64,000 nucleotides of DNA from an uncultured bacterium (GTDB lineage: Bacteria > Krumholzibacteriota > Krumholzibacteriia > LZORAL124-64-63), in assembly GCA_963732385.1 (NCBI GenBank), contig CAVSZB010000008.1:64001-128000 (forward strand), given 5' to 3'. The position numbers and the translations under genes are program-made. Positions within the stretch are counted from its first letter, which is position 1. Each line of letters opens with the position of its first letter. Positions 32,384 through 40,753 of this stretch are shown here, piece after piece. The notes beneath the pieces are model-generated. The model saw only the letters and a list, made by a program, of their open reading frames with translations. It had not been told where the DNA came from and did not search any database.

Positions 32384-33184
32384 ATGAAACTGGGCCTGGA
32401 GGGCCGGGTAGCCCTAGTCACCGCCGCTTCGCGCGGTTTCGGTCGTTCGGTTGCCCTGGAATTGGCCGGAGAGGGGGCCCACGTGGCGCTGTGCGCCCGT
32501 GGGGCCGAGGATCTGGAGCGGACCCGGGCCGAAGTTCAGGCCGTGGCCAGGGACGGCGTCCGCCTGCTGGCTCGGCCGTGCGACATGACCGATGGTCCGG
32601 CCGTGGAGCGCTTCGTGGCCGAGGTCACGCGTGAACTCGGCCCGATCGACGCGCTGCTCGTGAACGCTGGCGGGCCGCCGGCCGGTGGATTTTTCACGAC
32701 CGGCCTCGATCAGTGGGAGGCGGCCTACCGGCTGAACCTCGAGAGCGCGGTGCGTCTCTGTAGTCTGGTGCTGCCCGGCATGATGGAGCGCGGTTGGGGC
32801 CGGATCGTGCAGATCACCTCCGTGGCGCAGAAACAGCCGGTAGACAACCTGGTGCTGTCCAACGTGATCCGGCCCGCGGTGCACGCCCTGACCCGCTGCC
32901 TGGCGGTGGAGGCGGCCCCGCGCGGCGTTACGGTCAACAGTGTCGCGCCAGGATTCCATCTCACGAGCGCCGTGGAGCGCCTGGTCAGGCATAAACTCGC
33001 TCAGGGAGCCGCCTCCTCCCGCGAGGAGGTTCTGGCCGCCTGGGAGCAGGAAATCCCGGCGGGCCGACTCGGTCGTGCGGAGGAACTGGCGGCCCTGATC
33101 GTCTTCCTGATGTCGGAGCGGGCCGGCTATGTGACCGGACAGTGTCTGGTGGCGGACGGGGGCTGGGTCCGATCGACGTTCTGA
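32384..33184 (+). CDS. SDR family oxidoreductase (3-oxoacyl-ACP reductase-like subgroup)
   Basis: TAASRGFG, NAGGPP, VNSVAPG, YVTGQ..DGG; lacks canonical YxxxK. Confidence 0.9.
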   Translation: MKLGLEGRVALVTAASRGFGRSVALELAGEGAHVALCARGAEDLERTRAEVQAVARDGVRLLARPCDMTDGPAVERFVAEVTRELGPIDALLVNAGGPPAGGFFTTGLDQWEAAYRLNLESAVRLCSLVLPGMMERGWGRIVQITSVAQKQPVDNLVLSNVIRPAVHALTRCLAVEAAPRGVTVNSVAPGFHLTSAVERLVRHKLAQGAASSREEVLAAWEQEIPAGRLGRAEELAALIVFLMSERAGYVTGQCLVADGGWVRSTF

Positions 33185-33198
33185 TCGATCCCGCGGAC

Positions 33199-33227
33199 TT
33201 GACGTCGGGACGAATCGAGTATATATT
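33199..33227 (+). promoter_or_regulatory. Sigma70-type promoter
   Basis: TTGACG - 17 nt - TATATT within an AT-rich patch in otherwise GC-rich DNA. Confidence 0.75.
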
Positions 33228-33277
33228 CATAGTCAAACAGTATTTAATATTTAAAACGATGCGACGGTGGTGCGCCC

Positions 33278-33481
33278 ATGCTCGACATCCTGAAACTGCT
33301 GGCCTTCGTGGCGGCCTACTTCGTGGTGATGCGCTGGCTGCTGCCGCGGCTGGGCGTGCCCACCTGAATGTCCGACAGTTGCTCGGTCGGGGACCGGGCG
33401 CAGCCGAAGAACCGGAAAGGTGACGACGATTCCGCGGCGGAGGCTGACCAGGCGAAGCCGCGATTGCCGGGAGCGAGGTGA
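33278..33481 (+). CDS. Candidate small membrane selenoprotein (67 aa; in-frame TGA at 33365-33367)
   Basis: MLDILKLLAFVAAYFVVMRWLLPRLGVPT-(TGA)-MSDSCSVG...PGAR-stop; SECIS-like hairpin downstream; stop overlaps the RBS of the next gene. Confidence 0.65.
33381..33399 (+). promoter_or_regulatory. Putative bacterial SECIS element 1
   Basis: GCTCGGTC-GGG-GACCGGGC hairpin; G-rich loop begins 21 nt after the TGA. Confidence 0.6.
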
Positions 33482-33488
33482 CCCGAAG

Positions 33489-33698
33489 ATGCCGTTGTTC
33501 GAGTTCAACTGCCGTCGCTGCGGCAGGAAGTTCGAGGAGATCCTGAGTCTGGCCGAACTTGCGGCCGGACCGCCAGCCTGTCCCGCGTGTGGTGCGGACA
33601 AGGCGGTACGGGAGTTATCGCGGTTCGCCACGGGCGGGGGCGGGGCCCCGGCCGGGGGGAGCGGCGGCTGCGGGCCGAGCGGATTTTCGTGAGGTTGA
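33489..33698 (+). CDS. FmdB family zinc-ribbon protein, probably ending in Sec-Gly (TGA 33690-33692 recoded; otherwise ends at 33692)
   Basis: MPLFEFNCRRCG..FE...CPACG; tail GGCGPSGFS-TGA-GGT-TGA; GAGGTG RBS. Confidence 0.85.
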
Positions 33699-33700
33699 GC

Positions 33701-33719
33701 GCACGGCCGGAGGCCGTGC
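33701..33719 (+). promoter_or_regulatory. Putative bacterial SECIS element 2
   Basis: GCACGGCC-GGA-GGCCGTGC perfect 8-bp hairpin; loop begins 16 nt after the TGA; separate from the downstream terminator. Confidence 0.6.
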
Positions 33720-33739
33720 CCACAGGGATCATTTTCGAA

Positions 33740-33772
33740 GACGACCCCGCGCAGGCGGGGTCGTCCTTTTTT
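33740..33772 (+). terminator. Rho-independent terminator
   Basis: GACGACCCCGC-GCAG-GCGGGGTCGTC followed by CTTTTTT. Confidence 0.88.
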
Positions 33773-34691
33773 ATCCCCCCGCGCGAAGCCGCGGCAGCCG
33801 CGGCTCGCGTTCGCCGTAGTGCTTGCCGAGCCAGAGGATGAGCGCACCGAGCAGCAGCCCGGCGATGACGTCCACCACATAGTGGTAGCGGCAGTAGACC
33901 GTGGCCGCGGCCAGCAGGACGAAAAGCGTGGTCAGCCAGGGACGGCTGCGTGGGGCGATCTTCCAGCCGTACCACCACGGGATGAGCGTGGCGGCCACGT
34001 GGCTCGACGGGAAAGCGGCCCCCAGGATGGCGCCGTGCGCGTGGATGTGGCGCATGACGCGGGTGAAGATCCAGCCGTCCACCGTCACCGGTCCGGCGCG
34101 GAAGTACTTCGGGCCCCAGACCGGAAAGAAGGTGTAGAGGGTGTAGCAGACGAGCATCGTCGCGCTTAGATCCCGCATGAAGGCGCGCAGAGCGGCCCAG
34201 CGCTCAGGCGGCGCGAGACGCCGCGAGGTCATGATCAAAACGAGCACGAGCGCGCTGAAGAGGTAGTAGGAGAAGTAGGCGAACTCGAACAGTTCGTGAA
34301 GCCAGGGCCACGGCCAGCGTTGCGACCAGACCAGGCTCAACTGCACGCCGAACAGCTTCTCCTCGAGTGCGATGAACCCCGGATCGAGGGAGTGCGCGAA
34401 GTCGTGGAAGACCAGCCCGAGCTGCGCCATCTCGCTGTAGAACAACGGGAACACGCACGGCAGGTAGATCTCGCCCATCAGGCGGACCGCGCCCAGGCGG
34501 CTTCCCCTGGCCAGCGGCGGCAGGAACCAGATGGCCAGCGCCAGGCCGGCGTGCAGCGCGAGGCGCAGCCAGGGGCCGGTCGGGGGCTGCCGGGAAATGA
34601 AGGGGTAGAGTCCGCTCGCGATCAGGTAGATGACCGCCCACCGGTCGAGGTCGCGCCGCTGCAGCGTCAGCCGGGCCAGTGGCAGGCGCAT
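33771..34691 (-). CDS. PAP2-superfamily membrane protein (AUR1/IPC-synthase-like phosphotransferase or phosphatase)
   Basis: AFPSSH and HYVVD catalytic motifs, FPVWGP, multiple TMs; start overlaps upstream stop (TGATG). Confidence 0.85.
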   Translation of the reverse strand: MRLPLARLTLQRRDLDRWAVIYLIASGLYPFISRQPPTGPWLRLALHAGLALAIWFLPPLARGSRLGAVRLMGEIYLPCVFPLFYSEMAQLGLVFHDFAHSLDPGFIALEEKLFGVQLSLVWSQRWPWPWLHELFEFAYFSYYLFSALVLVLIMTSRRLAPPERWAALRAFMRDLSATMLVCYTLYTFFPVWGPKYFRAGPVTVDGWIFTRVMRHIHAHGAILGAAFPSSHVAATLIPWWYGWKIAPRSRPWLTTLFVLLAAATVYCRYHYVVDVIAGLLLGALILWLGKHYGEREPRLPRLRAGG

Positions 34692-35677
34692 CAGAGCCAC
34701 CCGTTCTCGCGGTAGAAGGCCCAGGTTTCGCGGAAGCCGCGCGTGAGATCGCGTTCGGCGCCAAAGCCGGTCGTGATGCGCAGCCGGTTCCCGTCGCAGG
34801 TCCAGGCCGGCACGGTCACGCTGGCCAGGCGCTCCGGGCGCAGGAGCGGCGCCCGGGCTGCCGCAGCCCCGGCCAGCTGTGCCGCCAGCCGCAGCGCTCC
34901 CAGCGGCACCGGCACGGCCCGCACGCGCCGTCCCACCGCTTCGCGCAGGGCGCAGGCGATGTCGTCCCAGCCGTAGGCGCAGCCGTCGTCCACCTGGAAC
35001 AGGCCGCGTGCGTGCTCGGTTTCGAGGAGCGCCACCGCCGCGGCGGCACAGTCGCGTGCATCCACCAGGGAGAGCGCGGTCAGCCCGCCACGCAGGTTCA
35101 CGGTCCAGCCGCGTCGGGCCCAGGCGAACAGCGGCAGGAAGGCGGTGTCGCGAGGGCCGTACAGGGCGGGGGGGCGCAGGATGGACCAGCGGAACGGCAG
35201 GTCGGGTGTGAGGAGCTGCTCCCCCGCCAGCTTCGATCGGCCGTAAGCGCTCACCGGCGTCGGTGCGTCATCCTCCCGGCGCGGGCGGTCAGGGCGGGAC
35301 GGTCCGCCGGCGGCCAGGCTCGAAACCAGGACGAACGCGCGCAACTGGGGGGCGGCCGCGGCGGCCGTTATCAGACGGCGAGTCGGCGTCACGTTGCCGT
35401 CGAAGTAGGCCGTCTCGTTCCGCGCGCTCACCACACCGGCGCAATGGATGACGGCGCGGGCGTCAGCGAGCAGCCGCGTGGTCCCCTCCGCGCTCTCGCC
35501 CGGCAGGACTGTGCGCACCGGTTTGCCCTGCAGCCAGCGCAGATCGCTGGTGGGGCGGACGGCCGCGTGTACCTGCCACCCGCGCGCCAGCAGCGTGTCG
35601 ACGATGTGGCTGCCGAGAAAGCCGGTGGCCCCCGTCACCACCGCGAGGGGGCGGCCGGCGTTGGGTGTCGATGTCAT
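34691..35677 (-). CDS. NAD-dependent epimerase/dehydratase (candidate ceramide reductase)
   Basis: TGATGFLG, YGRSK, RPPALYGP. Confidence 0.85.
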   Translation of the reverse strand: MTSTPNAGRPLAVVTGATGFLGSHIVDTLLARGWQVHAAVRPTSDLRWLQGKPVRTVLPGESAEGTTRLLADARAVIHCAGVVSARNETAYFDGNVTPTRRLITAAAAAPQLRAFVLVSSLAAGGPSRPDRPRREDDAPTPVSAYGRSKLAGEQLLTPDLPFRWSILRPPALYGPRDTAFLPLFAWARRGWTVNLRGGLTALSLVDARDCAAAAVALLETEHARGLFQVDDGCAYGWDDIACALREAVGRRVRAVPVPLGALRLAAQLAGAAAARAPLLRPERLASVTVPAWTCDGNRLRITTGFGAERDLTRGFRETWAFYRENGWL

Positions 35678-36801
35678 GTCAGGGGCTTGTCATAGATCCG
35701 ATAGGTGCGGTACACCCTCGCGCCCATCCCTTCGAGGATGCGGTTCATCGATCGGTTGTCCTCGAGGATCCAGGAGCACTCGCCAGCCCGGATACCCTGC
35801 CGGAAGCCGGCCTCGAAGGTGCGGAAGATCATCACCGCGTCCACGCCGCGGCCGCGGTACTCCGGCAGTACGCCCAGCAGCAGGGTGCGTGCGTAGTCGA
35901 TCCGGCGCTTCTTCAGCAGGAAGGTGAGCCAGCCCAGCGGCAGCAGATGGCCGCGCAACGGCTGTGTGGCCTGGTTGAAGTCGGGAATCGTCAGGCTGAA
36001 GCCGATCGGCTTGCCGTCCGCCTCGGCGATCAGCATGAAGTCGGGGGAGACCATCTTCTTCATGTCCTTCGCGGCGTAGGCGAACTCCGCGTCGTCCATC
36101 GGGATGAAGCCCCAGTTCTTCGACCAGGCGGCGTTGTACAGCGTCCGCACCGTGGCCGCCTCCTCGGCGAAACGGCTCATGTCCATGGGGCGGACCGTGA
36201 ACGTGGCGCCGGCCAGCAGCGGCTTCATGGCATCCTGCAGGCGGTCGGGGATGCGCCCGTCGGTCGCGTCCATCCGCCAGGCCCACAGGTCGCGTGACTT
36301 CGCCAGGCCGAACGCCGCGAACTGCCCCTCGTACCAGCGCGGGTTGTATGGCATGCCGATGACCGGTCGGCCGAAGTCGCCGTCGACGAGCAGGCCGAGG
36401 TAGTCGTGGTTGGTCGTGAAGGAGCAGGGGCCGCGCATGACGGCCATGCCGTGTTCCTTCAGCCAGGCCGCCGCGGTCTGCAGCAGTTCGCGCGCGAGCG
36501 CGGGGTCGTCGGGGCATTCGTAGAAGCCGAAGAAGCCGCTCTGCTCGCCGGTGTGCCGGTTGTGGTAGCTGTCCACGCAGGCGGCCACCCGCGCGACCGG
36601 CCGGCCGGCCTCGTCGCGGGCGACCCAGAGCGCGGTCTGGGCGTGCGTGAAGAACGGGTTGTGCCCCTGATCGAAGAAGCGGCGCAGGTCGCCGAGCAGC
36701 GGGAAGACGTGGTTGGGGTCCCCGGCGTAGATGCTGTATGGCACCTTCAGGAACGCTTCGAGGTCCCGCTTGTCCTGGACGGGGCGGATCTTGGCCGGCA
36801 T
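35674..36801 (-). CDS. GNAT-fold N-acyltransferase (candidate bacterial ceramide synthase)
   Basis: HNPFF, GFFGFYE, MPYNPRWY, AWSKNWGF, GVLPEYRGRG, SWILEDN. Confidence 0.8.
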   Translation of the reverse strand: MPAKIRPVQDKRDLEAFLKVPYSIYAGDPNHVFPLLGDLRRFFDQGHNPFFTHAQTALWVARDEAGRPVARVAACVDSYHNRHTGEQSGFFGFYECPDDPALARELLQTAAAWLKEHGMAVMRGPCSFTTNHDYLGLLVDGDFGRPVIGMPYNPRWYEGQFAAFGLAKSRDLWAWRMDATDGRIPDRLQDAMKPLLAGATFTVRPMDMSRFAEEAATVRTLYNAAWSKNWGFIPMDDAEFAYAAKDMKKMVSPDFMLIAEADGKPIGFSLTIPDFNQATQPLRGHLLPLGWLTFLLKKRRIDYARTLLLGVLPEYRGRGVDAVMIFRTFEAGFRQGIRAGECSWILEDNRSMNRILEGMGARVYRTYRIYDKPLT

Positions 36802-36875
36802 GAACGCTCCTTCGGTTGGCGGCGCGGCTCCGGTCGCGGCGTGGCGGCCCGCGGACCTCCCCGCCGACCGGGGCG

Positions 36876-38060
36876 TCAGGAGATCACGCCGAGTTCCCTG
36901 CCTACCTTGACCATCCGGTCCATGGCGAGATGGACCTGATCTTCGGTGTGGGTGGCCATGAGGCTGAGGCGGATCAGCGCGTTGCCCTTCTCGACCGCAG
37001 GAGAGATGACGGAGTTGACGAAAACCCCTTCCTCGAACAGCCGGCGGCACATCTGGAAGGCGACGACATCCTCGCCGACCACGGCCGGGATGATCGGGGT
37101 CTGCGAGGGGCCGGTGTCGAAGCCGGCCTCCTGCAGGCGTTCGAGCATGATGCGCGTGTTGCGCCACAGCGCCGCGCCGCGCCACTCCTCCTCGATCATC
37201 ACGTCGACGGCGGTCGACACCGCGGCCACCGAGGCGGGCGGCATGCTGGCCGAGAAAATCAGCGAGCGCGCCATGTGCTGGATGAAATGGACCGTTTCGG
37301 CGTCCGAGGCGATGAACCCGCCCACGGAGGCGAGCGACTTGCTGAAGGTGCCCATGATGAGGTGGACCTTGTCGGTCAGGCCGAAGTGGTTGGCGGTGCC
37401 GCGTCCCTGCGTGCCGAGCACGCCGATCCCGTGCGCGTCGTCGACCATGACGACCGCGGAGTGCTTTTCCGCCATGCGCACGATGCCGGGCAGGTCGGCG
37501 ATGTCGCCGTGCATCGAGAAGACGCCGTCCACCACGATCAGCTTGCCGTTGTCGTCGCAGGCGGCCAGGGTCTTGTCGAGGGCGACCATGTCGTTGTGCA
37601 GGTACTTGCGCGTCGTGCCGAAGGAGAGGCGGCAGCCGTCGATGATCGATGCGTGGTCCACGCGGTCGACGATCACGCTGTCGCTGCGCCCCACCAGGGA
37701 GTGGATCACGCCGAGGTTCACCATCATGCCGGTCGAGAAGACGACAGCCGCCTCCTTCCCGACGAGTCGGGCGAGTTTCTCTTCCAGTTCGACGTGGATA
37801 TCGAGGGTGCCGTTCAGGAAGCGCGAACCGGCGCAGCCGCTGCCGTACTTGTCGATGGCCCGTTTTGCGGCCTCCTTGACCCGCGGGTGGTTCGTCAGGC
37901 CGAGGTAGTTGTTGCTCCCCAGCATGATGACTTCGCGCCCGCCGATCCGGACCAGATTCTCCTGGGCGGACTCGATCACCCGGAAATAGGGGTACAGGCC
38001 GGACTTCTGCAGTTCCCTGGCCTGTTGGAAATTCCGGACTTTGTCGAGCAGGCCCATCAT
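36876..38060 (-). CDS. spt: Serine palmitoyltransferase-like alpha-oxoamine synthase (PLP)
   Basis: GLYPYFR, GSNNYLGL, GCAGSRFLNGTLDIH, DDAHG, GTFSKSLAS. Confidence 0.8.
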   Translation of the reverse strand: MMGLLDKVRNFQQARELQKSGLYPYFRVIESAQENLVRIGGREVIMLGSNNYLGLTNHPRVKEAAKRAIDKYGSGCAGSRFLNGTLDIHVELEEKLARLVGKEAAVVFSTGMMVNLGVIHSLVGRSDSVIVDRVDHASIIDGCRLSFGTTRKYLHNDMVALDKTLAACDDNGKLIVVDGVFSMHGDIADLPGIVRMAEKHSAVVMVDDAHGIGVLGTQGRGTANHFGLTDKVHLIMGTFSKSLASVGGFIASDAETVHFIQHMARSLIFSASMPPASVAAVSTAVDVMIEEEWRGAALWRNTRIMLERLQEAGFDTGPSQTPIIPAVVGEDVVAFQMCRRLFEEGVFVNSVISPAVEKGNALIRLSLMATHTEDQVHLAMDRMVKVGRELGVIS

Positions 38061-38154
38061 GTACCGCGATTCGTTGGAGTTGGCGGGGCCCAATGGTGTC
38101 AGGCACCGCCCCGGAGCGCACACAGTCCGCAAAGATAATCGCCCCGGGGCGACC

Positions 38155-39645
38155 TTACCAGCCCTTTTCCGGCTCCTCCAGCACCTCGGCCTCGAAGACC
38201 GCGAACCGGGTGTCGGCACGCCAGCTGTCGGGCGGCAGGCCGGCCTTGAGCGCCAGGTGACGCAGGGTTGTTTCGCGGTCCCACCCCTGCTCGGGCGCCA
38301 CCTGGGGCAGGAAGACTGCCCGCGCCCGCCCCTTCGACAGCACGATGCCGTGCCGACCGATCACGATCTCCCCGGGGCCGGCCACGTCGCGCAGCGGGGT
38401 CAGCGCCGACACCTCCACCTGCAGGCCGGCGGTCTCCTCCGGCCCGACCGGGGGGAACCGGGGGTCGCGGGAGGCGGCTGCCGCGGCATTTTCCGCCACC
38501 GCCTCGGCGAGGGGGGCGATGCCCTCGATATAGCCGATGCAGCCGCGCAGCTCCCCGCGACGGGTCAGGGTGACGAACGCGCCGCGGGGAACGGCCAGGC
38601 GCGGCGAGAGCGCCAACCCGAGCCGGTCGGCCACGACACGCGGCGTGGGCGGCGGGATCCCGGCGGCGGTCGCTTCCACCACTGCGCGGGCGAGCGCGAG
38701 CAGGAGACGGCGCTCGTCGGCGTCGAGCGGAGCGGCGGGATCGACCGCGGCGTCGGCGCGCGGGGTCGGGGTGGCGTCGATCGACGCGGGAAGACGCAGG
38801 ATCAGGCCGGCGTAGCTCACGGAAAGCGTGTAGTCGCGGTCGCGGTCGCCGCTGCGCGCGTAGGTCACGAACTCGCCGGTCAGGGCGGTCGGCAAAGGGG
38901 CGGTGAGGGCGAGTGCGGCGGCATCGAGCCCGCACATGGTGATGCCGGTCCGTTCCCGGTAGGCGAGCAGGCCGTCGGGATCTCGCGCGAGGATGAGTTC
39001 CCACGCCCCACGGTCGAGCGCCTCGACCTGCTCCGGCACGAGCTCGTGGAACGGCGCGTAACCGTAAGATTCACCGTAGTGAGTGAAGTCGGAACTGACG
39101 AGGAAGAGGCTGCGGCCGTCGCACCAGGGCGCCAGCGCCGCGGCGGTGCGTCGGCGGGAGTCGGGGTCGAGCGGCGGCACGAGCAGCGGGACGAGCCGCA
39201 ACAGCCCGCCGAAGATGGTCTGCAAAAACGGCAGCTGGATCTCCTCGGCGTGTTCCGCCGCGTGGGCCGTCTCGACGCTGGTGAACGCCTCGTCGGCCAG
39301 CAGACGCGCCGCCACCTCCCGGTCCACCGCAACCTCGCCCAAAGGGGTGGCGTAGGCAGCGAACCCCGAAACCGACACCTTCCGCAGGCGGGTCCGGTGG
39401 CTCGGCGCGAGTAGGAAAACGCGGTCGTAACGCCAGGGCGCCAGCCGCCGGTACACCTGCCCCGCCGCCGGACCGCTGTAGGTGTAGCCGGCGTGCGGGA
39501 CGATCGCCAGCACGGGGCGCTCGGTCGCGGCGTTTGCCGCGGGCGCCCCGGGCGTTGCGAGGAAGCCGCGCACCGCGGCGTCCAGTTCCGCGGGGGCGGC
39601 CGGATACCAGGTTCCTGCGAGCACGGGGGCACGAATCTTGAGCAT
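38155..39645 (-). CDS. AmmeMemoRadiSam protein B (MEMO1) fused to protein A (AMMECR1)
   Basis: AGTWYP, PHAGYTYSG, EH..E.QLPFLQ, SSDFTHYG, TMCG; then GAFVTL..LRGCIG, DPRF, FLPQVA. Confidence 0.92.
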   Translation of the reverse strand: MLKIRAPVLAGTWYPAAPAELDAAVRGFLATPGAPAANAATERPVLAIVPHAGYTYSGPAAGQVYRRLAPWRYDRVFLLAPSHRTRLRKVSVSGFAAYATPLGEVAVDREVAARLLADEAFTSVETAHAAEHAEEIQLPFLQTIFGGLLRLVPLLVPPLDPDSRRRTAAALAPWCDGRSLFLVSSDFTHYGESYGYAPFHELVPEQVEALDRGAWELILARDPDGLLAYRERTGITMCGLDAAALALTAPLPTALTGEFVTYARSGDRDRDYTLSVSYAGLILRLPASIDATPTPRADAAVDPAAPLDADERRLLLALARAVVEATAAGIPPPTPRVVADRLGLALSPRLAVPRGAFVTLTRRGELRGCIGYIEGIAPLAEAVAENAAAAASRDPRFPPVGPEETAGLQVEVSALTPLRDVAGPGEIVIGRHGIVLSKGRARAVFLPQVAPEQGWDRETTLRHLALKAGLPPDSWRADTRFAVFEAEVLEEPEKGW

Positions 39646-39818
39646 GCCGTGACCCTAGCAGAAAGGTCCCCATCCGGTCCAGCGGTGCCGGTCGGGACGA
39701 ATCGGAGCGAGTCAGGGCTTGCCTCCCAAAGCTTTTGGGCGCATTCTGAAATGCCATCCGCGGCCCCGCGTGCCGCGGTCACCCCGGCGGTCGTGCGCCG
39801 CTGTTACCGGGAGGCTGG

Positions 39819-40175
39819 GTGTTGAAGATCAAGCAGAAGGCAGCGGGCGATGTCATGGCCCTGCACTTGTCGGGCAAGATCATGGGCGGTGAGGACCATG
39901 AGCTGTTCACCACCGAGATCAAGTCGCTGATCAACGAGGGTTACGTGGACATCCTGCTCTGCATGTCCAAGGTGAACTGGATCAACTCGACCGGGCTCGG
40001 CGTGCTGGTGTCGGGATTCCACACGTTGAAGAAGAACGGCGGGCAGATGAAGATCTGCGAAGTCAGCGATCGCATCGACAACATCCTCAACGTGACCCAG
40101 TTGAAGCTCGTATTCGAAACCTACGATTCGGAAGAGAAGGCTCTGGCCTCGTTCACCCAGGTGCCGCCGCAGTAG
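39819..40175 (+). CDS. STAS domain anti-sigma factor antagonist
   Basis: V.WINSTGLGVLV, GGQMKIC. Confidence 0.88.
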   Translation: MLKIKQKAAGDVMALHLSGKIMGGEDHELFTTEIKSLINEGYVDILLCMSKVNWINSTGLGVLVSGFHTLKKNGGQMKICEVSDRIDNILNVTQLKLVFETYDSEEKALASFTQVPPQ

Positions 40176-40265
40176 GCTGCGATCCCGGAAGGCTGTCGTC
40201 GTGCAGTTCGGCAACGGGATGATCAACGGCGCGGAACCGGCGGCCGCCTGGCCGTTGGGCGGGGC

Positions 40266-40637
40266 GTGAAGATCGGGCGGCGCGATGCGGGCGCTGTTTC
40301 CGTGCTCAGCCTCACCGGACGCCTCGCCGGCGAGCCTGATCACCGCGAACTCGACGCGCACATCGCCGCGCTGCTCGTCGAGGGGCGCCTCGACGTCCTC
40401 ATCAATCTGGCTGGACTGGCCTGGGTCAATTCCACCGGTCTCGGCGCCCTGGTGGCTGCATTCGACGCGGTGCGGCGCCGCGGCGGTCGCCTGAAGCTGT
40501 GCGCCGTCAGCGATCGCGTCGATGACGTGCTGGGGGGGTGCGGTCTCTACAGCATGTTCGATGTGCACCGCACGGAAGAGGCCGCGCTGGCCTCCTTTCT
40601 GTCGCCCGGCGAGGTGTCGGGCGGCAACCGGCCCTGA
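40266..40637 (+). CDS. STAS domain anti-sigma factor antagonist (paralog)
   Basis: LAWVNSTGLGALV, GGRLKLC. Confidence 0.85.
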   Translation: MKIGRRDAGAVSVLSLTGRLAGEPDHRELDAHIAALLVEGRLDVLINLAGLAWVNSTGLGALVAAFDAVRRRGGRLKLCAVSDRVDDVLGGCGLYSMFDVHRTEEAALASFLSPGEVSGGNRP

Positions 40638-40753
40638 TCTCCAGCCGCCTCCGGTCCTGCCCCCCCCTGTCCGGGCTCAAGTTTTCGGCGTCCGGCGCCG
40701 ATTCTCTACTCAGACCTCCGCTGGTCGCGGGGTCGAGGCGAGGAGGCTCCGGC

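Noticed and set aside
32384..33184. SDR as the ketosphinganine reductase of the sphingolipid cluster
   Set aside because: Opposite strand, separated by an independent operon, and belongs to a generic SDR subgroup; no supporting evidence
33696..33698. Second TGA of the FmdB tail as an additional Sec
   Set aside because: Only 10 nt from the hairpin loop, and readthrough would run through the terminator into the convergent gene
36802..38121. Apparent long N-terminal extension on the GNAT ORF (815 aa)
   Set aside because: Out-of-frame overlap with spt; the real start is the ATG at 36801 after AAGGAG
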